Made by a program: the position numbers and the translations under genes | The notes under the pieces: model-generated | Databases searched by the model: none | What the model was told of the DNA's origin: nothing | Seen by the model: the letters and a program-made list of their open reading frames with translations, nothing else | In this document: positions 40,356 to 49,965 of the stretch, one piece after another | How positions within the stretch are numbered: the first letter of the stretch is position 1 | Layout: each line of letters begins with the position of its first letter | DNA from: Candidatus Woesearchaeota archaeon | GTDB taxonomy: Archaea; Nanobdellota; Nanobdellia; Woesearchaeales; UBA12501 | Assembly: GCA_046484055.1 (NCBI GenBank) | Contig: JAWOBY010000066.1 | Location: 18,928-82,927 of the forward strand | Length of the DNA stretch: 64,000 nucleotides | Reading direction: 5' to 3'

Positions 40356-41216
40356 TCAAAGTGTTTTGACCCTGCCTGGCCTTAATTCAAATATCTCCCC
40401 TCTTTCCAGAAGCTTGTTTATCAGTTCTTCCCCTTCATCACCAGAGTACTGCTCAGAATATTGCTTTATCACCTCGTCGGTGTCAACTCCATCCCCATCA
40501 TCAAGGTTTTTTATGCATTCTATCATCATTTCAGCGGGCGTCTTCTCACCTGCATCCTCATCACTCTCTTCCCTGCCGGACTGAATCCCTTCATCACTGT
40601 CGGTTGCGCCATGGCTTGTCTTTCCGTTCTCCTGCGCAGAGGGCACTGGTTTATCTTCAATAGCTTCCTCTGCAAACCCTTCTTCAGGACCCTTGTGGGC
40701 CTCCATTTCACCTGATGTTCCGGCCTTCTGGCTTATGCCTGTGCTATCAGGGCCTGATTTCTTTTCCTGCCTGCCTTCACCCTCGGGATGATCTTCCGCT
40801 GTATTCTCTTCCGTCCCTGCCCACTGCCTCCTCTCCAGCTCAACTTTCCTCAACTCTGCCCATCGCTTGTCCTCCAATACCTTTATTATCTCGGGCACCA
40901 GATACATCTCATTGCTGTACTCTCTCGGCTTGCCGATGACAAGCACCATATCCCCCACATTAACCTCTGAGAGTGAGGGGCTGCTGTCAAAGGACCTTGC
41001 AGGGATCCTTCCTGTCCCGTCGTCGAGCATGAGGGTGCCATCCCCCTCATCACCTCCTCCCTTTGATACCACTGCGCCTATGATATTCACGCGGGAGACA
41101 CTGTTCCCGTGGATGGTCACGTAATTCGGCTCCCACCCTTCCTGAACAACATACTTTCCATTAAGAATCTCGCTTATCTTCACCTTGAATGCGGTCTGTC
41201 TTTGTCTTGTTTCCAT
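40356..41216 (-). CDS. OB-fold plus winged-helix protein, RPA32/Stn1-like; adjacent to mcm
   Basis: N-terminal OB fold (VNIIGAVVSKG...MLDDGTGRIPARSF...VGDMVLVIGKP). Acidic linker. C-terminal winged-helix-like segment (LINKLLERGEIFELRPGRVKTL). Confidence 0.45.
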   Translation of the reverse strand: METRQRQTAFKVKISEILNGKYVVQEGWEPNYVTIHGNSVSRVNIIGAVVSKGGGDEGDGTLMLDDGTGRIPARSFDSSPSLSEVNVGDMVLVIGKPREYSNEMYLVPEIIKVLEDKRWAELRKVELERRQWAGTEENTAEDHPEGEGRQEKKSGPDSTGISQKAGTSGEMEAHKGPEEGFAEEAIEDKPVPSAQENGKTSHGATDSDEGIQSGREESDEDAGEKTPAEMMIECIKNLDDGDGVDTDEVIKQYSEQYSGDEGEELINKLLERGEIFELRPGRVKTL

Positions 41217-41279
41217 GATGATGTACGCTCTTATGATGCACTATGATGTTCTCGTATCCCCTTCATCTTATTGCGGGCC

Positions 41280-43301
41280 TCAGATCTTCTGGATGAAGCC
41301 CCTCCTGGGCTCAAATATATCTCCATTCCTTTTGAGGCGTTCTATGGTCTCATCCACCTTGTCCGCGTCAATGCCTTTCTCTGAAGCTTCCTTCACGACG
41401 TCATCGATAGGCACCGGCTTGCCCACCTTGTTCTCAAGCTCTGATATCATCTCTTTGATCACTATCACATTGCTCCTCTGGCTCGCGCTTATCCCTGTGG
41501 TTATCCTGTCTATATCTATCTTGCCTGTCTCCCTGTCCAGACCTACCTGTTTGAGACAGTAATCAAGCAGGCTTATCGCCCTTCTGGCGTCTTTCTTTGT
41601 CACCTTCTCGCTCAACCTGAGCCTGGCGTTGGATTCGCTGAGCCTCACTAACGCTTCAAGCTGCCTTGGTGAGATTGGTATGGTCTTGACCGCGCCTTCC
41701 TCTGTGGATCCGGAGCTCCTCATGTTTATGTAATACTCCTGTATCTCCTGCATTGCCTCCTCATTCAGTTTTGGGAACACCCTTGTCCTTGCGTATGCTA
41801 TATATTTCCTGAGAAGTTTTGTGTCTATCTCCGGCTCTTCCGAGGCCGTACTCTTGTGCAGGTTCAGTATGAATTTTGCCATCCTCTTATCGTTTGTCTC
41901 ATCAGGCATATCCTTTATTGGGAATATAAGGTCGAACCTGTTTATCAGGGTGGGGGGGAGGTCTATCTGATTCGCCATTATGTCATAAGGGTTGAACCTT
42001 CCCATTTTGGGGTTGGCAGCTGCGAGGACAGTGGTCTCCGCCTTGAGGGTCGCCTGGATATTGGCTTTTGATATTGTGACTGTCTGCTGCTCAAGGGCCT
42101 CGTGCATGGCGGATCTGTCCTCTTTTGTCATCTTGTCCAGCTCGTCTATCATACAATTGCCCCTGTTCGCGAGGACAAGCGCTCCTGCCTCAAGCGCCCA
42201 CCCTTTGAGGAACTCATCCTTGACCACTGCTGCTGTTAGGCCCGCGCCTGAAGCGCCTTTTCCTCCCACATACCTTCCTTTTGGCGCTATCTTTGTCGCT
42301 CTCTTGAGGAGCTGGGATTTGCCCGCGCCAGGATCGCCTACAAGAAGTATGTGCATATCCCCTCTCGTGACAACGCCATCATCCCTCTCCTTCCTCACTC
42401 CCCCTATCAGCTGCAGGACTACAGCTTCCTTTATCTTTTCATGCCCATAGATGGAGGGGGCGATTGAATTGAATATCATTGAGTGTATCTTGGGGTCTTT
42501 GGAGAGCTCTTTTATCTGTTCTTTCTCGTCCTCGGTTATCTCAAGCTCTCCATATTCCTCCTCCACTGTCCCCACGTAATTGGATTCGATCACCAGGTCA
42601 AACCTTATTGACTGCCCCCCTGTACTCAGTATGACCGGCACTTCCTTGAGGATGCCGTTTATTGTTATCCTCGCGCCCGGGTTGGTCTTCTTATCGCTCA
42701 GGGGGCTGACAAGATCCTCTTTCAGGAAGACATCCATCCTCTTAGGCTGTTCTCCCCCTTCCAGGCTTTCCGGCACCTCTTCCAGCACCACCCTCTGCGC
42801 GTCAACCAGATCCTTGCTCACCAGCCTGAATTTCCCTTTGCGCCCGCATCCGCACCTGCTGGGTTCCTTGAACTTGGTGTCCACCTGAAGAACGGAGATC
42901 ATATTCCCGCAGCTGGGGCATTCGAATTTTGCCGAGGTGACCTGCGGCCTCACATCACTCTTCTGCCTGACGACCCCCTCTGTGTAGAGGAACTTGCTTA
43001 TGTGTTCGCTCCTTATGTTCCTTATTATTATCTTCTGGCTTTCAGGCAGGTTGCTGAAGCGCACCTTGAACTCCTTGTTCGTCTCCGGAAGATCGAATTC
43101 CTTTATGGCAAGCTCTGCAGCCTTTATGACTTCCTCAGGCTGTTCAAGAAGAAGATCAGCAAGGGATGGATCGAACTTTGATAATACCATGAAATCGACT
43201 ATAAGAAAGTGTTCTCCTCTTCTCGCTTTTTCAAGAAGCTCTGCGTGGTGGTGCAGTTCTATGAATTCAGCAAATTTTTTTATCTGGTCTACCAGTTCCA
43301 T
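41280..43301 (-). CDS. mcm: MCM replicative helicase
   Basis: Zn-finger cysteines. Walker A GDPGAGKSQLL. Arginine finger SRFD. C-terminal wH. 673 aa, no intein. Confidence 0.92.
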   Translation of the reverse strand: MELVDQIKKFAEFIELHHHAELLEKARRGEHFLIVDFMVLSKFDPSLADLLLEQPEEVIKAAELAIKEFDLPETNKEFKVRFSNLPESQKIIIRNIRSEHISKFLYTEGVVRQKSDVRPQVTSAKFECPSCGNMISVLQVDTKFKEPSRCGCGRKGKFRLVSKDLVDAQRVVLEEVPESLEGGEQPKRMDVFLKEDLVSPLSDKKTNPGARITINGILKEVPVILSTGGQSIRFDLVIESNYVGTVEEEYGELEITEDEKEQIKELSKDPKIHSMIFNSIAPSIYGHEKIKEAVVLQLIGGVRKERDDGVVTRGDMHILLVGDPGAGKSQLLKRATKIAPKGRYVGGKGASGAGLTAAVVKDEFLKGWALEAGALVLANRGNCMIDELDKMTKEDRSAMHEALEQQTVTISKANIQATLKAETTVLAAANPKMGRFNPYDIMANQIDLPPTLINRFDLIFPIKDMPDETNDKRMAKFILNLHKSTASEEPEIDTKLLRKYIAYARTRVFPKLNEEAMQEIQEYYINMRSSGSTEEGAVKTIPISPRQLEALVRLSESNARLRLSEKVTKKDARRAISLLDYCLKQVGLDRETGKIDIDRITTGISASQRSNVIVIKEMISELENKVGKPVPIDDVVKEASEKGIDADKVDETIERLKRNGDIFEPRRGFIQKI

Positions 43302-43356
43302 TTTGCCCTCGTTCGTGTTGGGGGAGAAATTAAAAAATAAATCTTTGTGCGGGCAA

Positions 43357-43902
43357 TCACTTTGATTTTATGCCTTTCAGGTGGCCTATGAGCTTGTCAA
43401 GAGCTTCATGGACTTCCTTCTCGCTCTTGGTCCCTGTGCATACCACTTTTCCGTTGCTGAAGAGAAGGAATGTGGCCTTTGCCTCTGCAAGCTTGTACAC
43501 GAGGCCGGGGAACTGTTCAGGCTCGTATTCTGTGTTCTCAAGCTTCATCGCAAGGTCGTTCAGGTTCAGGTCCATTCCCACAGTGCCTGAGGCGACTATG
43601 TTCTGTATCTTTATCTCCGGCTTGATATTTATCTTGATGCCTATCTTCTCAAGCACCTTTATTATCTTTCCTATGGATTCCTCCACCTTTTCCATGGATC
43701 TTGCGCCGGTGCAGACTATCTTTCCTGAGCTGAATATCAAAGCAGAGGTTTTTGGCTCTTTGATACGGATAACAAGGCCAGGGAATTGCTCTGGGTTGTA
43801 TTCAGTATTGGATAGCGTCGCTGCCATCTTCTCGAGAGGTATATCATGCTCTAAAGAAGCAGAGACCACTATATTGACGACTTTTATGTCTTTCTTGGTC
43901 AT
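43357..43902 (-). CDS. tbp: TATA-box binding protein
   Basis: Two direct repeats (EQFPGLVIRIKEP / EQFPGLVYKLAEA). Start set at the internal MTKKDIKV. Confidence 0.9.
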   Translation of the reverse strand: MTKKDIKVVNIVVSASLEHDIPLEKMAATLSNTEYNPEQFPGLVIRIKEPKTSALIFSSGKIVCTGARSMEKVEESIGKIIKVLEKIGIKINIKPEIKIQNIVASGTVGMDLNLNDLAMKLENTEYEPEQFPGLVYKLAEAKATFLLFSNGKVVCTGTKSEKEVHEALDKLIGHLKGIKSK

Positions 43903-43934
43903 TTTAGCACCCCCATGCTGTATAATGCTCATTT

Positions 43935-43955
43935 AAATACTATTTAAAAGTATTT
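43935..43955. promoter_or_regulatory. Palindromic TATA-rich element in the tbp / DUF192 divergent promoter region
   Basis: AAATACT-ATTTAAA-AGTATTT inverted repeat containing TTTAAATA. Further TATA-like boxes lie at 43974-43982 and 44009-44018. Confidence 0.35.
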
Positions 43956-44035
43956 TATAAATAACATCCCTCATTTATAAATGCTTTGTTTTTAAACCGG
44001 AAATCTTTTAGAACTAGTATAATTTATTGGCAAAA

Positions 44036-44404
44036 ATGATAATAAATAAGAGCAGAAACAGGGTTCTGGCCAAGAATTCGCGGATTCTGGACTCTTTTTT
44101 GGGCAAGGCAAGGGGTTTGATGTTCCACAGGAGGATCAGCAAAGAAGGGGATGGATATGGGGGATATGGGCTTGTATTCCCCTTTGATTCAGAGGCCAGG
44201 AGAAGCATACACATGTTTTTCGTCTTCTTTCCCATTGATGTGCTGTTTCTTGACAGGAAGAGGAGGGTTGTTGAGGTGAAGGAGCGCCTGAAGCCTTTCT
44301 CTATCTGCCTGCCCAAAAAGAAGAGCAAATACATTATTGAGCTGCCTGCAGGTGTGGTATCAAGCACAGCTTTAATGATAGGGGATATCATAAACTTTAA
44401 ATAG
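44036..44404 (+). CDS. DUF192-family protein (COG1430)
   Basis: Pattern KARGLMF...PIDVLFLD...VVEVKERLKP...GDII typical of DUF192. Confidence 0.5.
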   Translation: MIINKSRNRVLAKNSRILDSFLGKARGLMFHRRISKEGDGYGGYGLVFPFDSEARRSIHMFFVFFPIDVLFLDRKRRVVEVKERLKPFSICLPKKKSKYIIELPAGVVSSTALMIGDIINFK

Positions 44405-44442
44405 GCCAGCGCTAACTTCGGGGAAGAACCGGCTGGGATCAT

Positions 44443-44633
44443 GGGGCTGTAGTATAACCTGGCTAGTATAGTTGGCTCCAGTCAATGGAGCGATGAGGCA
44501 AATTGCTTGTTTGCTGATGATTAATGGTTTGGTATGTCAGGGCATGCCAGTTTCGCTCTGAGGAAGATACCAACGGGTCTGGGTTCAAATCGCGAGGGCG
44601 GAAAGCCCTTCCATGGAAGTCCCAGCAGCCCCA
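44443..44633 (+). tRNA. tRNA-Trp (anticodon CCA) with an 87 nt intron at the canonical 37/38 position and a ~30 nt insertion in the T-loop
   Basis: Acceptor GGGGCUG/CAGCCCC plus discriminator A. U8. D-loop AACCUGGCUA. Anticodon stem GUUGG/CCAAC. Loop CUCCAG|A. Variable region GGGU. T-arm CUGGG-UUCAAAU-[30 nt]-CCCAG. The intron (44482-44568) contains CGAUGA, CUGAUGA and CUGA box C/D-like motifs. A poly-T tract follows. Confidence 0.6.
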
Positions 44634-44755
44634 TCCCGGTCTTTTTATCATGTTCTCATGCCCCTCTTCATATCCATCTTTATGATTGATAAAAATTTAA
44701 AAACCCTCCCCTATTGTTCGGTCTGAAAAAGAGGTAAAAAGGGCAGGATACGATA

Positions 44756-45901
44756 ATGGGTAAGCTTGAGTTTTGCGAGGCAGTGGCTACAATGGTCGGC
44801 TGCATTGTGGGTGCGGGCATATTCGGCGTCCCTTATGTGATAGCTCAGGCAGGTTTTCTTACAGGGGTGTTGACGATAATTGTTCTCGGCCTTGTTGTGC
44901 TGATGATATATCTCTATCTGGGTGAAGTCGTGCTGAGGACAAGGGGAAGGCACCAGCTGACCGGTTATGCGGAAATCTATCTCGGCAGATGGGGCAAGAG
45001 GATAATGGCTTTCTCCATGGTATTCGGCATATACGGTTCTCTCACCGCTTATCTTATAGGCGAGGGGTCAGCCATAAGCTCTATCCTCGGCGGGCCTCAG
45101 GCAATCTATACACTGCTGTTTTTTATCGTCGCTGCAGCGATAGTCTACGCAGGGCTGGGCGCGCTGGAGAAATCAGAGCTGTTTACCATGACCCTGATCT
45201 TTATTGTCACGATCATAATAATAGTGTTCACTTCCCCTCACATAGAGATGCCGAATCTCTCCGGCTTCAGCATCAGCAGGTTCTTCGTGCCTTATGGGGT
45301 TATCCTCTTCTCTTATCTTGGCATGATGTCAATACCTGAAGTGAGGGAGATACTTGAGCACGATAAGAGAAAGATGAAAAAAGCCGTTTTTGCGGGGATG
45401 GCCATACCCATAATCCTCAATCTTGTGTTCTCATTCGTGATCGTCGGGGCTGTGGGCCTCTCAAGGTTCAACTCCATGGCCCCTAATGACCGCATAGCGA
45501 CTATAGCGCTGGGCGAGGTGGTCATGCCCTCTCTCTTCGTGATAGCGAACATCTTTGCCGTATTCGCCATGTTCACGTCTTTCATCGCTGTGGCTTTCGC
45601 TCTGAAGGAGATGTTCATATATGATTATAATATTGACAGGAGACTCTCCTGGGCCCTGACATGTTTTATCCCTCTTTTCATAGCGCTCAGCGGCCTCACA
45701 ACATTCGTGGAAGCCCTCGGCGTGGTGGGGGTGGTAGCAGGAGGCATAGACTCCATACTCATAGTCCTCATGTTCCACAGGGCGAAAAGCATGGGCAACA
45801 GGAAGCCTGAATACTCAGTCACGGGACACCCCCTCTTGAGCACGCTCATAATAGGGCTCTTTATAACAGGCGCTTTCTTCATGCTGGCAGGGTTCTTTTA
45901 G
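44756..45901 (+). CDS. Amino-acid permease, aromatic amino acid (Trp/Tyr) permease-like family
   Basis: 381 aa with ~11 TM helices. N-terminus VATMVGCIVGAGIFGVPYVIAQAG is typical of the TnaB/Mtr/TyrP-type family. Confidence 0.55.
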   Translation: MGKLEFCEAVATMVGCIVGAGIFGVPYVIAQAGFLTGVLTIIVLGLVVLMIYLYLGEVVLRTRGRHQLTGYAEIYLGRWGKRIMAFSMVFGIYGSLTAYLIGEGSAISSILGGPQAIYTLLFFIVAAAIVYAGLGALEKSELFTMTLIFIVTIIIIVFTSPHIEMPNLSGFSISRFFVPYGVILFSYLGMMSIPEVREILEHDKRKMKKAVFAGMAIPIILNLVFSFVIVGAVGLSRFNSMAPNDRIATIALGEVVMPSLFVIANIFAVFAMFTSFIAVAFALKEMFIYDYNIDRRLSWALTCFIPLFIALSGLTTFVEALGVVGVVAGGIDSILIVLMFHRAKSMGNRKPEYSVTGHPLLSTLIIGLFITGAFFMLAGFF

Positions 45902-46072
45902 CCGGACAAAAGAATAAGAGTTGACTAATCTTTGGTCATGTGCAGGATAATACATAAACACATATGAATGGATACATATAAATGGGCATAAAGGGATATG
46001 TCAGGAGGGGATGACCAGATCTTACGGCGGTGTCATCTGTATGCGTCCCGTCTTCTCCCTATCCTGACAGGA

Positions 46073-49000
46073 TTATTTGAGCTTGAGGCCTGTCTTTTTC
46101 TTTCCTTTATCCTGTTTCTTTGGCTTCTTCTCTTTGGCCTTTCCGCTTTCCGGGGATTTCTCTCTCCTCCTCAGGAGTGCCAGCATAACTCCCAGCGCGA
46201 TAAGCCCCCCTATGATATAATATAAGTATGAGAATATGCCGCTGAATCTGCTTTCTCTCACCTTGAGGATGAAATGCTTGTTGTGCGGCTTTTCCTTTCC
46301 TGTTATGTCCATGCCGACAGTGACCTTATAGTTTCCCTCTTCCACTGTGCTGTTTGGCGCGGCCACCAGGTTGATCGTCCTGTTCTCTCCCGGACTTATC
46401 TCCACGCTGGTGTTGTCCATGTATATCCAGTCCACATCCTCTCTCACGCTTATCCTGAATTTGGTGGTCTTATTGACATTTGATATCCTGACGGGAACGA
46501 GGGTTTCTGTTCCCTGTTTCACGAAGACTTCCTCAAATTCTTCTTCAGGGATGCCCTCCTCTTCTGTGTCCTCTGCTGATACTCCTTCATCAGTTCCAGT
46601 ATCCTGTGGTTCTTCATCAAGCTCTTCGCTATCTGATGCTTCCCCGCTCAGGTTTCCGCTTTCGTTTCCTGTGGTATCCTCTGTGGCGTTTGCAGTTCCG
46701 GAGGATATCATTCCCGCTATGGCTGCGCTTCCGAGGTAAATGGCCCCTGCAGCGAGTAACAGGGCGATGAGTATGAGTATCGCTATCATCAGGATGTTCT
46801 TGATCCTGCTGTAGTCCTTCTCAGGATGCTCTTCTTTCCTTCTCTCTTTTCCGCTTTCTTGCTTTTTCTTCTGGGAGGCTGATTCTGAACCCTTCTTCTC
46901 CCTGTATTCTTTGGTCTTTATGGCTGCCAGCAGTATCGCCAGCAGGAGTAACCCTCCCAGCACATACCACATATATCTCTCATAGAATGGCTCCCTCTCT
47001 TCTATGCTCAGGACTATCTCCTCTGTTATGGGCTTTTCCTTTCCTGCCACATTTATCCTTACGCTGAGGTTATAACTTCCTTCCCTCACCTCATCTGTGG
47101 GCGTGACAAGAAGGTTTATTGTTTCCCTCTCCCCAGGGGGTATGCTCACCAGATCCTTGTCTGTCCTGACCCATGTTATATTCTCGCTTACCCTTATCCT
47201 GTATGTGTTGGGCCTGTCGCTGTTCTGTATTATAAGAGGTATCGTTATGTTCTCACTGCTGACTACTTCAATCACATTGCCTTCACCTTCAAGGCCTGTC
47301 CTGTTGACAAATATTGTCGCGTTAGTGAACGGTTTTGAGGGCAGCTCTTCCGGCTGTGCCGGCTCTTCAGGACCCTCTCCTGTGGCATTGGTGATGTTTG
47401 TGGCATTTCCTGCGGTTATGGGTGCGATAGCGAAATGGTATGCTGTGATCGCGATGCCTGCCAGAAGTATCAGCAGCAGAAGCAGCAGAAGGATCCTTCT
47501 GAGCCAGCCCGGCTTCTCCTTGCTGATGAGTTTCTCTTCCTTTGGCTTCGCTTCTTTAGGCTTCTCTTCCTTAGGGCGCCTATTCCTGTATGCAATCCCC
47601 CCTATTACAGCTCCGGCCAGTATCAGGATGAGGAGCAGCGCTGAAAGCATGTAAATCCAATAACTGCTGAAGAACCTTGTTGTTTTCTCCCACAAGGTAC
47701 TCTCTCTCAGGTTTATGTCAAAATTCCTTGAGTATGCTATGTTCGTGCCCTCAAGCTGCGCATCCACTCTTACAGGGTATTTCCCCTCAGGAGTCGCGTT
47801 CTGGGGCAGGAGACTCATGCCGGCAGTGTCTTCCTCTCCGGGCTCCACACTTATCCTTGTCCTGTTGATATGCGTCCAGTTATTCCCGTGGACGCTCAGG
47901 AGGTAATCTCCCTCCCTTATTCCATCATTACTGAATCTGAGAGTTATGGTCTTTCCCTCATAACTGGTGTCTATGTCATCATCTTCCGCGTTTATCTCAA
48001 GGCTGTAGGCGTCTTCCCTCTCCATTATCTCTGCGGTGAAACCTATGGCTGCTGTCTCTTCAGGATATGATTCTATGGATCCTTTCAGTTCGAATGCGTA
48101 TGTGCCTGTTGTGTTCAGCGGGACATCATAATACAGGTTTATCTCCTTTTCCGTGCCTTCGTCAAGCCCCAGCCTGTTCGTTTCCAGTCTCAGCCACTCC
48201 GGTCCTGTGTGGTTGAAGGAGTATTCGCTTGCCTTGCTCCCGTCATTTTTCACATTGAATGGCATGGGGCCTTCTTCCCCTTCCACCAATTGGTACCAGA
48301 CCTCGGGGGCGCTCATGTTGATAGAGTGGCAGTCCTCCACCTCAGCGGCTATGCTGAGCGTTTTCCTTATCTCCCCTCTTGCTGTCACAGCGTCTATGGT
48401 CACGTTGTGGGTCCCGGTCCTGACTTCATAAGGGAAGATATTGAGATTGACTGTCTTCTCTTGGCCCCCTGCAAGGGCTATGCTTGAATTGTCGAATGCA
48501 GTCCATTCAGTATCAGAGCTGAGAAAGTAAGTGTTTGATATCTCTGCGGTATTCTTTATTGTTACAGGTATGCTGCCTCCTGATTCCTGACATATGGAGT
48601 GCTGTCCGGGGGATCCCATAGTATAATTATAGCAGGGGGCTACCTGCAGGTTGAAGGGGAGTTCCGCTGTCATCCCGCTTCTTTCAGTATCTGCTTTTAG
48701 TGTGAAATCAAGATCACCATAGCTTCCGCAGGGGGTTGTTATGAAAACTGTTACATTCTCTTTTGATTGGGGCTCCAGTATGAGGACGTCCTCGCTCAGC
48801 TCAGCATATTCGCTCTCCATCTCAAGATTGTATGTTTCCAGGAATGGGCCTGTGTTCTGTACGCTGAATGTGTATTCTGCCGGTGAGCAGGGGCAGACAG
48901 GGGCGGATGCTTTCACCATCCTGAGGCCTATGTTTACACAGTCCTTCGCTTTTATTGTCTGGGAGAACTCTTTCTCTGTATCAAAGACTGTCTTGATTAT

Positions 49001-49345
49001 GGTGTCTATCTTATACTCCCCTTTGATGCCGCATGGGACCCTCACAAAGTTTGTTATCTCTTTCCTCTCTCCCGGCTTCAGGCTGAAGGCCTTCTCTGTG
49101 AGGGTCGAGAATCTTTCTCCGGGGCCTGACTGCTCTATGCTGTATGTGCTGGTGGTATCGCCTGTGTTCTCAACCGCCATAGAACTTTTTTCAGAAGAGC
49201 ATGGGCACACGTAGATTGTTTTCTGGCTCGCGTAAGCATTGAAATCCTCCTCCAAAGAGCCTTCCAGGGCAAGCGCGCCCCTGACACTGACTAATAGGAG
49301 AAGGATACCTATCAAAACATAGATTAATTTGATTTTACTACTCAT
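46073..49345 (-). CDS. Large modular cell-surface protein: signal peptide, CARDB-like beta-domain repeats, and four single TM segments with K/E-rich stretches between the first pair and after the fourth
   Basis: Signal peptide MSSKIKLIYVLIGILLLLVSVRGALA. Repeated CPCS...NTG...PCG..G(E)Y modules. Two clear C-terminal repeats (ISPGEnRTINLV...EGnY...GKEKP). Four hydrophobic helices, with basic K-rich stretches between the first pair and after the fourth. Many N-x-S/T sequons. Confidence 0.6.
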   Translation of the reverse strand: MSSKIKLIYVLIGILLLLVSVRGALALEGSLEEDFNAYASQKTIYVCPCSSEKSSMAVENTGDTTSTYSIEQSGPGERFSTLTEKAFSLKPGERKEITNFVRVPCGIKGEYKIDTIIKTVFDTEKEFSQTIKAKDCVNIGLRMVKASAPVCPCSPAEYTFSVQNTGPFLETYNLEMESEYAELSEDVLILEPQSKENVTVFITTPCGSYGDLDFTLKADTERSGMTAELPFNLQVAPCYNYTMGSPGQHSICQESGGSIPVTIKNTAEISNTYFLSSDTEWTAFDNSSIALAGGQEKTVNLNIFPYEVRTGTHNVTIDAVTARGEIRKTLSIAAEVEDCHSINMSAPEVWYQLVEGEEGPMPFNVKNDGSKASEYSFNHTGPEWLRLETNRLGLDEGTEKEINLYYDVPLNTTGTYAFELKGSIESYPEETAAIGFTAEIMEREDAYSLEINAEDDDIDTSYEGKTITLRFSNDGIREGDYLLSVHGNNWTHINRTRISVEPGEEDTAGMSLLPQNATPEGKYPVRVDAQLEGTNIAYSRNFDINLRESTLWEKTTRFFSSYWIYMLSALLLILILAGAVIGGIAYRNRRPKEEKPKEAKPKEEKLISKEKPGWLRRILLLLLLLILLAGIAITAYHFAIAPITAGNATNITNATGEGPEEPAQPEELPSKPFTNATIFVNRTGLEGEGNVIEVVSSENITIPLIIQNSDRPNTYRIRVSENITWVRTDKDLVSIPPGERETINLLVTPTDEVREGSYNLSVRINVAGKEKPITEEIVLSIEEREPFYERYMWYVLGGLLLLAILLAAIKTKEYREKKGSESASQKKKQESGKERRKEEHPEKDYSRIKNILMIAILILIALLLAAGAIYLGSAAIAGMISSGTANATEDTTGNESGNLSGEASDSEELDEEPQDTGTDEGVSAEDTEEEGIPEEEFEEVFVKQGTETLVPVRISNVNKTTKFRISVREDVDWIYMDNTSVEISPGENRTINLVAAPNSTVEEGNYKVTVGMDITGKEKPHNKHFILKVRESRFSGIFSYLYYIIGGLIALGVMLALLRRREKSPESGKAKEKKPKKQDKGKKKTGLKLK

Positions 49346-49550
49346 GGTCAATGACCCCCATTTGTTACTATTGGATAATATTATATTATATAAATGTTTC
49401 TGTTTTCTCATAAAAAATCAAAAACTTTATATAGCACAATTTAACTATTGTTAATAATGGTTTTTTAGGGTTTTTAGGGAGTGGTTAGCGTGATCATAAT
49501 GCCTCCAGCCCATGGGGGGCCAATACAGGGTGAAGAATACAGGGTGAAGA

Positions 49551-49934
49551 ATGGTAATTGATAAAAAACAGCTCATGCCGCAGGAAATAGAAGTATGGTA
49601 TGTGATCCCTGCCATCAGGAGGGAGCTCGTCAGGGAGATGGTGAAGAGAGGCCTCAAGCAGAAAGACATAGCGGATAGTCTGGGGATTACAGGGGCTGCA
49701 GTCTCCCAATACCTCAGGAACAAGAGAGCAAGGGAAGTCCAGTTCACTGAAGAGACCCTCAACGAGATAAAAAGGTCTGCTGGTGTGATATCAAAAGACC
49801 CCCAAAAGCTGATCTGCGAGATGCAGAGGATACTCACGATTGTCAAGAAGAACAGGACGCTTTGCAGGGTCCATCACGAACACGGCAGGACACCGCAGAA
49901 ATGCGAGGCCTGCCTCGGAATCAATTCCGGCTAA
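49551..49934 (+). CDS. Small HTH DNA-binding protein with a C-terminal Cys/His cluster
   Basis: HTH (KQKDIADSLGITGAAVSQYLRNK). C-terminal CRVHHEHG...CEAC. Confidence 0.45.
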   Translation: MVIDKKQLMPQEIEVWYVIPAIRRELVREMVKRGLKQKDIADSLGITGAAVSQYLRNKRAREVQFTEETLNEIKRSAGVISKDPQKLICEMQRILTIVKKNRTLCRVHHEHGRTPQKCEACLGINSG

Positions 49935-49965
49935 AAAATAATAAAAAAATGATAAAATAATAAAA

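Noticed and set aside
34638-43301. Inteins in PolD large subunit or MCM
   Set aside because: Protein lengths (1182 and 673 aa) fit intein-free forms, and no intein splicing blocks were seen.
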